Shown one piece after another: positions 55,801-64,000 of a DNA stretch of 64,000 nucleotides. The translations under genes and the position numbers were made by a program. The notes under the pieces were generated by a model that did not search any database, was not told the DNA's origin, and saw nothing but the letters and a program-made list of their open reading frames with translations. The stretch covers positions 9,125,619-9,189,618 of the forward strand of contig CM119269.1 of the NCBI GenBank assembly GCA_051294375.1, in the 5' to 3' direction. Every line of letters starts with the position of its first letter. Within the stretch, counting starts at the first letter, position 1. The stretch comes from Paraspadella gotoi. Lineage: Eukaryota > Animalia > Chaetognatha.

Positions 55801-58703
55801 GAAACGATGATGACGACGATGACGACGATGACGACGACTACGACGAGGTGGAATAATATTGTAATAATAATCATAATATTATGTAGATTATTAAAATTTA
55901 CATGACAATCTCGATTACAATGAATACGCAAATCTTGTTTGTAGGCAATGATAGTTCCGATGAATGTTATAACTATAAGAACAATGGTGATGACACAAAT
56001 AATAATTATAAAGATGACGACGAGGACGGCTACCAATTTATTGTTTATATTTTTTAACACTTTTACAAAAGGAAGTTAAGATCGACGAACTACAACGAGA
56101 GTTTATGTCCTACACCATGATGATGACCATGATGACTCTGATCTAATCTGATCAAGCAGAATAATTATGTTATTTTATAATGGCAGGAAGTTTGTTTAAT
56201 GCACCTGCTGTTTGCTGATTTGTTTAATGTAATCAAACGAACTGAAAAAAATATTATCCGACTTTCAAAACAAAAGAAAATTGGAATTAAACAAAAAAAA
56301 CAAAGGACACTTAAACTCTATACACGATTGTTCCCAAAGTTTGAACATCTGTATATCCAGTGAGATCATTGTAAGGAAACAAATAGAAAACTTTAGATTG
56401 ATTCATAACTGAAAAATAACGTTTCCGAAAAAAAAACATTAATAAAAGTTTACAATTAATTCGAACAACTTTTGCAGCTGGGGTCATTGAGAAAGCGGGC
56501 AAAAACTTTGAGGTGCACGGTTGGGAAAAATAAATCCTGTTTAATGAAATACTCATTTTTTTTTAAATTTAACTATTGACGTCATAAAATGAAATCAATT
56601 CAAGTCTTCCTAATTTAGATTTAATTTAATAGTCCGATTACATTTTTTTTCTGTGAGGGGGAAAGAATCGGACGAAGAATAAATAATTGAAATTAGTTTC
56701 AGATTGATCAATTTTTTAAGTTGAGTAACGTGTCTAATAGAGACCCCTTTGTTAATTTAGTGAATTTAAAAATATAATTTAAAATAAACTATAAATATAG
56801 GGTTCATTCATCATGTGTTCTTCGACGATCGTCTTAACAGATCGAATTTTAGGTTATAAATTTAAAAAAAAAGCCGTGAATTTTATTAATAAAGTGAAGT
56901 TTATTTATGAAAATAACATTGAAATTAAATATGTATGAATGATATGATTTAAAATATATGATTTCGCTTCAACAATTAACTGGACGAATATAATTGTACA
57001 AACTATCCTTGCAAGATATTACATATTCAATATATTTTAAAAATTGTACAATTTTCATCTGAAAACTCAAAGCACGAATTGGTTCATTGCGGTTCGAAGG
57101 AAAAATTCTCGTCCTTCTATAGATTCGGCGATGAGGAAATTGGATTGATGACATTCATCATGGACGAATCTCCTCTCTCTCAAGTATTACCGATCCCAAA
57201 AGGCGCAGTTTGAACTGGCTATAAGGGGCAGTTTTACAACTCGCCCTCTTTCCGTTCACGAACTTCTCTTTCCCTACTGTTTTTAGGAAATACCCCCCGC
57301 CACTATTTTCATGGGATTAACATTTGAAGCCCTCAGCATTACCCACTGGCGTGGGAATCCCCGCCACTATTTTTGATGGGGATTGAACATGAGCCCTTCC
57401 TCCGGCCGAATCACAAATCTGTCTCACATAGCTAGTCCTTGTTATAAAAATATTTTAACTGAAAAATAAAATATTATGATCCTAATTTAAAAAATAGAAT
57501 AATATATTTGCTTGAATGGCTGAGAATAGATTCGTCTTTGCATACCAGAAAAAATGAAAAGTTAGTAGAATAATATTATTTCATAATGGATGAATTACAC
57601 AGTAACTTCGAAGGCTTCTGTCTTCCCTTCCCTCAAGCAGACAAACATAAAATGAAAAAAAAATGTATTATTAGGTTTTACATAACTTGCTCGCAACCAG
57701 AAGTCTTCTTCCCTCTTCACATATTTCAATCTATTATTCTTCTCCTTCATACAATTATATTGTCCAGTTAGAAAACCTGTTCCTTCTAAATACAGTTCTT
57801 TATGGAAAGTTTTTTACAAAAACTTTTATTGTTTCAGTTCATTTCTTAATAAAATTATTATATAAATTTATACTTTTTATTTAGTTGCAGCACACTAGAA
57901 AAAAAAATTTTATTCTTCTTGTTTTTTTTTCAAAAATAACTAAATTCACTCCACGTCATACAACGTAATATGTTACCTTAATCCTAAGATACCTCAATAC
58001 ACACAGCTTCTTTTTACGAAAGCAGTTTGAGCATACACATGTCAGCACTCTGTGCCACGCACGTCGCTGTTCATTCATATAGAGTGATAATTTAATTAAA
58101 TAAATCACTAAACATCCAATTATATTAAAATTAAAGATAAATTATTGCTGTGCACCACGAAACTTAATTGAACTTTGAACTTGATCAGACCTTGAATTTT
58201 TTTTTTTTCTTTTCTTTCTTTTTTTTTTTTTTTTCGTTTTTTTCTTTTTTTCTTTACTTTTTTTGATTTCACTTGCATGCTTTTTTTCCTTTCTTTCATC
58301 TGCTCTTTTTCTTTTTTTTTTTTTTTATTTTTTTTCCTTCTTTCCTAATCCTCCTCCTTATTCTTTTATCTCCTTTTCGTCTTCCTTTCTTTTTTCTCTT
58401 AATTAATTTAAGTAATTTTTTCTTTCTTTGTTTTTTTTTTTTTTTTTCTGTTTTTTTTTTTCCCCTTTCGTTTAATTTTTTTTTTTTTTTTTTTTTCCCT
58501 TTTCATATCTTCTTTTCTTTCTTCCATGTCGTGATGCCTTATTTCCGAGAGGAAAATAACCCTCCTCTCTTGTCTTAAGGCGAACAATGATCACGCAATG
58601 AAAAAGGATAAAAAGAAAAAAAGGAAAAAAGAAAAAAGAAAAGGAAAAAAGAAAGTTTTTATTTTCCGAAATTTCGCTTTGTCAGGAAGAGAAAGAGAAA
58701 CAG

Positions 58704-58770
<67 letters not shown>

Positions 58771-58875
58771 TATATATAATCTTTAGAAAAACATTTATTT
58801 TTTATAATTTATATTATTGAGAATAAATACGTAACAGTTTCAAAATTATTCATAGCTCTTTTCATCCTTTTTCAG

Positions 58876-58951
58876 GATGCTGTCACAGCAACCCATCTTT
58901 GTCCGCTGGTGGCCGAGTTTTACGTCTGGCCGTACATCCAAGAATAGACAG
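58876..58951 (+). CDS. FLOT1: flotillin-1 internal exon (approx. GCCHSNPIFV-GGRVYVWPYIQ), indel errors
   Basis: ccttttttcag|GATGCTGTCAC...CAG|gtaaag. With 1-nt indels corrected it matches the flotillin-1 N-terminal GCC...GGRxFVWP segment. Confidence 0.8.
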
Positions 58952-59127
58952 GTAAAGTTAGGTCAACATTTTTCTCACCCTTTAATTATGTTAGCCACGC
59001 AAATTTATTTTGCTACGCCTAACATTATTAATATTTCTTATTTTAATTCTGCCAAGAATATATTATTCATTTGTTTTAGCTTCCTTTATCTTTTTCTCTG
59101 AATTCTATTTCTATAATCCTTTCTTTT

Positions 59128-59165
<38 letters not shown>

Positions 59166-59805
59166 GCTGCTCCGCATTCTCTCTCTTCCACTCTCTATTT
59201 TCTCATTCTTCCTTTTCTCTGTCTCTCTCTTCTCCCTCTCTCTTCGCCCATTCCTAAACTGCTCTCCTCCTGCTTCTCCCCACCCTCCCCCCCCCCCCCC
59301 ACCCGCAGTGCCAGCGCGCGCCGCCTTTCTCTCTCTCTCTCTCTCTCTCTCCACTCTCTGCTCCCACTCTCTCTGCCCCTCTCTGCTCTCTCTCCCGCAT
59401 TCTCTCTCTTTCCACTCTCTATTTTCTAATTCTTCTTTTCTCTGTCTCCTGCATTCTCCCTCTCTCTTCCCCATTCCTCCTCTCTGCCTCCTCTTTCCTT
59501 CTCTCTCTTCTCTCTCTCTCTCTCCACTCTCTGCCTCCCCTGACTCTCTCTCTCCCCTCTTCCCTCTCTCTCTAATCTCCGACTCTCATCTTCGCCTTTT
59601 TCCCTTTCTCTTCTCACTCCTGCCTCTGTCCTTCTTTTCCCCCTCCCTTTCTCTGCATTTGCGCTATCCCTTCTTCCTCTCCACGCTCCCTTTCGCCTCT
59701 CTCCCACTCACTCTCCTCTTCCCACACTTTTCTCTCCCTCCCCCTCTCTCTCTCTCTCCTCTCTTTCCCTCCACTCTCTCTCCCGCTTTCTCTCTCTCTC
59801 TTCAG

Positions 59806-59895
59806 ATTTCCCTGAACACAATGACTCTGACAATTGAGTCTCCGCACAGTTTATACCGACTTTGGTGTAGCAATATCTGTCACCGTATCGCCCAG
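59806..59895 (+). CDS. FLOT1: flotillin-1 internal exon (ISLNTMTLTIESP-VYT--GVAISVTGIAQ), indel errors
   Basis: ctcttcag|ATTTCCCTGAACACAATGACTCTG...ATCGCCCAG|gtcaga. ISLNTMTL and ISVTGIAQ are diagnostic flotillin SPFH motifs. Confidence 0.9.
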
Positions 59896-60165
59896 GTCAG
59901 ATGATGATACTGATTAAGATAATGGTGACACCTGATGACTATGAATCGCCAAGGTCAGATGATGAATGATAGTGATTAAGATAATGTGACACGCATGATG
60001 ACTATGACTTATCGCCAGAGGTCAGATTGATGATGATAGTGATAAGATAAATGATTGACAACATGATGCTATGAACATCACCAAGTCAGATGATGATGAT
60101 AATGATTAAGATAATGATGACAAAACGATGAATAAAAATGCCAAGGACAGAAACGAGGAGATCCC
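59887..60165 (+). repeat. ~60-65 bp minisatellite (4 copies plus a hybrid fifth) starting inside a flotillin exon and including its donor
   Basis: ATCGCC(C/A)AGGTCAGATGATGATAGTGATTAAGATAAT...GACA...ATGA at 59887, 59945, 60011 and ~60077. Confidence 0.85.
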
Positions 60166-60233
60166 TAAGCTGCAGCCAATAATGATAAATGATGATAAAG
60201 ATGATGATAGTATAATTCTGATTATGACATCAG

Positions 60234-60370
60234 GTAAAATCAGGACAGAAACGAGGAGATGCTGGCTGCTGCCTGCCCAAACATTTTTAGGCTAAGACAG
60301 GCAAAGGCAGAGATCCGTCGAATTGCCACTGGAGATCACTTGAACGGTCATCAAACGGAGCGATCAATGG
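60234..60370 (+). CDS. FLOT1: flotillin-1 internal exon ([39 protein letters not shown]), indel errors
   Basis: catcag|GTAAAATCAGGACAGAAACGAGGAGATGCTGGCTGCTGCCTGC...ATGG|gtaagg. Matches flotillin-1 VKIQGQNxEMLxAAC and LEGHQRAIM after indel correction. Confidence 0.85.
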
Positions 60371-60770
60371 GTAAGGAATTGGGTCGGGTCAGGATATTGG
60401 CTCTGAAAAGGAATCATAAAACGAAGTAAAAGTCATGAAGTAATGCGGGAAAATAATATATTGATGCCAGGAAAATCTATACGGCGGACAAAATCCGTGA
60501 AGGGTAAAAAGTAGGAAGAAGTAAAGAGATGAAGGTGAAGTGAACCTCGGGAAGCGGGCCCGAATCCCTGGGAGGAGGATGAAGAGGAGGTGAATAAGCC
60601 CGCGTCGGTCTATCTTCTTTATACCTGATTGGTTTCAGGTCAAAGACACGATCATTGGTAAGAAATTGGGTCGGGTCAGGATATTGGTCAGGTCATAGTC
60701 ACGGATCATTGGTAAGGGAAATTGGGCTCGGGTCAGAAATATTATGTCAAGGTCAAGTCACATGATAAGT
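60361..60770 (+). repeat. ~52 bp repeat (3 copies) containing a flotillin donor
   Basis: GATCA(A/T)TGG(G)TAAG(G/A)AATTGGGTCGGGTCAGGATATT at 60361, 60649 and ~60702. Confidence 0.8.
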
Positions 60771-61096
60771 TAGAGGAGACCCCAGAGGTAGACTCTCTGG
60801 TAACTTGGTTGGGATCATGAAAACTTTATAACCAAAATGTAAAACTTACTTTAAATCAATCAATCAATCATCATTTTCCGATTCAACGAAAGTTTTCACT
60901 GAAATAAAAACGATCAATCCTTTTTTTTAAATTCAACGTTTTCTTATTTTTATTTTTCTTAACTCAATTCTTAAAATATCTCGTTCTCGCTCTATTTTCT
61001 CTCTCTCCTATCTATCTTCGTCGTCTCTCTCTCTCGCTCTCTCTCTCCTCCTTCCTCTCTCTCTCTTCTTCTCTCTCTCTTTCTCTCCTTTACCAG

Positions 61097-61266
61097 GAAC
61101 ATGACCGTCGAAGAAATCTATCAGACCGAAAGAATTCTCCAAAACTGTTTTCGATGTGGCATCTTCGATTTGGTCAATATGGGCCTACTGTTTGTGTCCA
61201 TTACTCTCAGGATATCAAGGACGACAACGGTTACCTCAAAGCCTGGGAATGCCTAGAACAGCCAAG
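61097..61266 (+). CDS. FLOT1: flotillin-1 internal exon ([51 protein letters not shown]), indel errors
   Basis: cctttaccag|GAACATGACCGTCGAAGAAATCTAT...; [17 protein letters not shown] and D...YL.ALG.RTA are flotillin-1 hallmarks. Donor at 61267, with a duplicate donor at 61309. Confidence 0.9.
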
Positions 61267-61350
61267 GTGATGCTTACTATGCCCTGGGAATGGCTAGAAA
61301 CAGCCCAGGTGAGCTTTACTATGCCTCAACGGAACATGGTGAGGCTTGAC
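61241..61350 (+). repeat. ~40 bp tandem duplication of exon end plus donor
   Basis: GCC(C)TGGGAATG(C/G)CTAGAACAGCC(A/C)AGGTGA.GCTTACTAT twice, then a degenerate partial third copy. Confidence 0.85.
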
Positions 61351-61599
61351 CATTGCTGAATAGCATAGTGTCTCTGGCAAGAATAAATTAATAGAGACTG
61401 TGCAAACATGAGCTACTAGGTTTTCTTCTTAATGGCTGGTGATTATAGTATGTCATCTAAGTTAAATACTTAAAAAAAAAAATTTAAACAATAAACGTAA
61501 TATTAATTTATGGGTTAAATTTATTCAGATTATTATAAATTGAAAGTAAATTATTGTTGAATGATGAATTTCTTCATTGTCCTTAATCTCCTTAAAACC

Positions 61600-61975
61600 C
61601 CTTTAACCACTTTAACTGCACCCCCCCTAAAGACGGTATTCACCCTTTAAACTGGCAGCGCCCCTAGACGTATTCACCACTTTAACTGCAACCCCCCTAA
61701 GAGCGTATTCACCACTTTAACTGGCAACCCACCTAAGACGTATTCACCACCTTTAACTGCAACCACCTAGACGTATTCGCCACTTTACTGCAACCCGCCC
61801 TAGACATTTCACCAACTATTAACTGCAACCCCCTAGACACGTATTCGCCACTTTAATGCAACCGCCCTAGACGTTATTCACCACTTTTAAACTGCAAACC
61901 CCCCCTAGACGTATTTCGGCCACTTTACCTGCAACCCCTCAGACGTATACACAAACTTTAATTCCCCCCATTAAA
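61600..61975 (+). repeat. ~33 bp minisatellite, about 11 copies, ending just before a flotillin acceptor
   Basis: Unit CCACTTTAACTGCAACCCCCCTAGACGTATTCA. Confidence 0.9.
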
Positions 61976-61985
61976 CTGGCGTCAG

Positions 61986-62200
61986 GTAAACGTGACGAGC
62001 GAATCGGCGAAGGCAGAAGCTCGTCGGGATGCGGGAAATCAAGGAAGCCATCCCGAAGAAGCAACGATGGCAGCGCGGTTCCAAAAATGACGTCGAAAAT
62101 TGCAAAAGCAGAGAGAGACTTCCATCTGAAAAAGGCCTCTTAACGACGCGGGAGGTCCAATCCAAGAAAAGCCAAGCCGACATGGGCCTATGATTTACAG
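61986..62200 (+). CDS. FLOT1: flotillin-1 internal exon ([68 protein letters not shown]), indel errors
   Basis: gtcag|GTAAACGTGAC...GATTTACAG|gtgggg. Matches the flotillin coiled-coil start DARIGEAEA...IAKAxRDFxLKKAxYDxEV. Confidence 0.9.
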
Positions 62201-62462
62201 GTGGGGAGAAGAAAATTGACTTGATTTGATTTGTAATAACTCTCAAAATGTGAGATGTTAACAAATTAACAATAAAATATGTTTTCAGAAGCGGTACATA
62301 CATGTTATGTACTTGCAAAGATTTAATTTCTACATAATATACAATATGAAAATAAGTTAATTACGAATTTAGCATGGTGGGTCCGGAGAAGAGCGGGAGT
62401 TAACAACTGGAGGTCTGCTCTATAACAGCTTTCTCAGTGGGGGGAGGGAGTGAAGAGAGGGG

Positions 62463-62493
<31 letters not shown>

Positions 62494-64000
62494 AAGAGTG
62501 ATTAGTGATATATGAGTAAGACAATAAAACATTTAATGAAATAAATTTTTATGCTTTGTGAATACATCCATCTTATTTTGTCGCTTTACAATCTATGTCT
62601 TTTGGTCAAATTCAATCCATGTCATTGTCCCATCACATGCCTGGTCTCGTTTCTTATTCACCATCAATGTCTTTGTTCCGATTCACCGCCGGTCATGTCC
62701 AATTCACTTTCCTGAACATTTGTCCATAACATGCTCTACCTAATTTCCCCTTTCTTAATTCGTCTTTTTCCACATCTATCTACCATCTCTCTACAATATG
62801 CTACCCTCTCTAAANNNNNNNNNNNNNNNNNNNNNNNNNAAAAAAGAAAAGAGATAAAAAAAAGGAAAAAAATTAAAAAGAAAAAAAAATTAGTTAAACA
62901 TCGAAAAAAGAGAAAAACTGATAAAATGTGGTTAAAGGCGAAATGTTGAGACGCGGTCAACAGGGATTTGACACGAAAGAGGAAGGGGAGGAAGGAAGGG
63001 GGGAGGAAAGAGAAGAGGAAAATATGAAATGTAGAAGGAGGAAGAGATGAAAGAGGGCAAAGAAGGAAGCAAAGGTTATTAGTGTCCGATTTATAATAAT
63101 TAATAGTTTAAGTTTAAAATTAAACTGGCCTCTTCTTTTAAGTTTCCATTCTTCTTGAAAAAACAAAAGATAAGCATTATTTAATTCTTTGATTTTTTTT
63201 ATTCCTCGACTTAGTTTTCTCCATCGACTTAATTTTCTCTTCTTATTTGTGGTCAGATTCGTCGCCGGTCACGAGGACAGCGACGACGAACACAAAAGCG
63301 ACGATGACGTCTGCAATGACGATAACGATAATGACGCAAATGACCACACGACGCCGACGACGACGACGACGACGACGTTGACGACGTCAACGACGGTCAA
63401 TAAAAATCAATTCTTGCGAAAAGAAGTGAATTGTAATAATAATTCCATTAGTGAGAATCGCATTCAATTTCTCTCAGAAACTCGATAAGAATTGAAAATT
63501 TTTTTTTTAGAATTTTGGTCAAACCTCGATTACTAATTGAGCCAAATCTGCCTTCATCGACCGAAAATTCCCCCTAATCTACACAAATCAACTAAAAATC
63601 CCCAACTCGACCATTTTGTGACCACATTCATCCATTTTAAATCTCACCACACNNNNNNNNNNNNNNNNNNNNNNNCACATCCACATCCACGAACCCGCCC
63701 TTTCCCCCTCCCCAATTTCTCGTTACAACGCCGAAACGCCGAGGTGCCGCAACGCCGGAACGCCGGTCGTAAAGGGTTCCCGGCGCCGGAGTGATTTGTT
63801 CTTCCGTCCGGTCGTTCGAGGCCGCTTGACCCTCGCGACCCGCGGCACCGAGCCGGCCGCTCGGCGCCCGGCGCCTTCCAATTAAATCCAATATTTATGG
63901 ACCATTCTTACACTATTGATAGATGGAGCTTTGCGCCCTTTTATGGTCCATTTACGGGATGCAGACCCTTTGTTCCTTTTCACCTGGAGAAGATTGCGCT

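Noticed and set aside
57075-57120. GGTTCATTGCGGTTCGAAGG as a possible flotillin first exon (GFxTCGPNE)
   Set aside because: Only a loose resemblance; no ATG, no VVSG and no GT donor.
57290-57400. Two ~60-nt related segments with a B-box-like GTTCAATCCC on the minus strand (tRNA/SINE?)
   Set aside because: No A-box, cloverleaf, tail or target-site duplication discernible; needs a genome-wide repeat search.
61600-61975. CRISPR-like periodic repeats (also 59887-60165)
   Set aside because: Head-to-tail units without unique spacers, no cas genes, and located in introns of an animal gene.

Overview
Eukaryotic (invertebrate-like animal) draft-assembly DNA, saturated with (AG)n and other microsatellites, with many N gaps and stretches that look like unpolished, indel-rich long-read sequence. 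Almost all ORFs in the supplied track are microsatellite artefacts. Two real spliced genes can be read. (1) Minus strand: the 5' part of a dead ringer/retained (dri, ARID3-family) transcription factor, with three phase-compatible coding exons (52302-52240, 41980-41850, 41355-40536) ending in HEWTFEEQFKQ|GT just before the ARID domain. I could not find the ARID exons in the window. Exons 2-3 recur as an error-containing tandem copy, and exon 3 also as an inverted, insertion-riddled copy; both are most likely gap-filling artefacts. (2) Plus strand: five consecutive internal exons of flotillin-1 (58876-62200), full of 1-nt indels and missed by the ORF track; the first exon and the 3' exons were not found. 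The most interesting pattern is that at least five splice junctions across the two genes sit inside, or directly abut, their own private minisatellite, whose unit copies the splice signal (exon end + GT donor, or branch point/pyrimidine tract). No RNA gene, transposase or CRISPR array could be supported.
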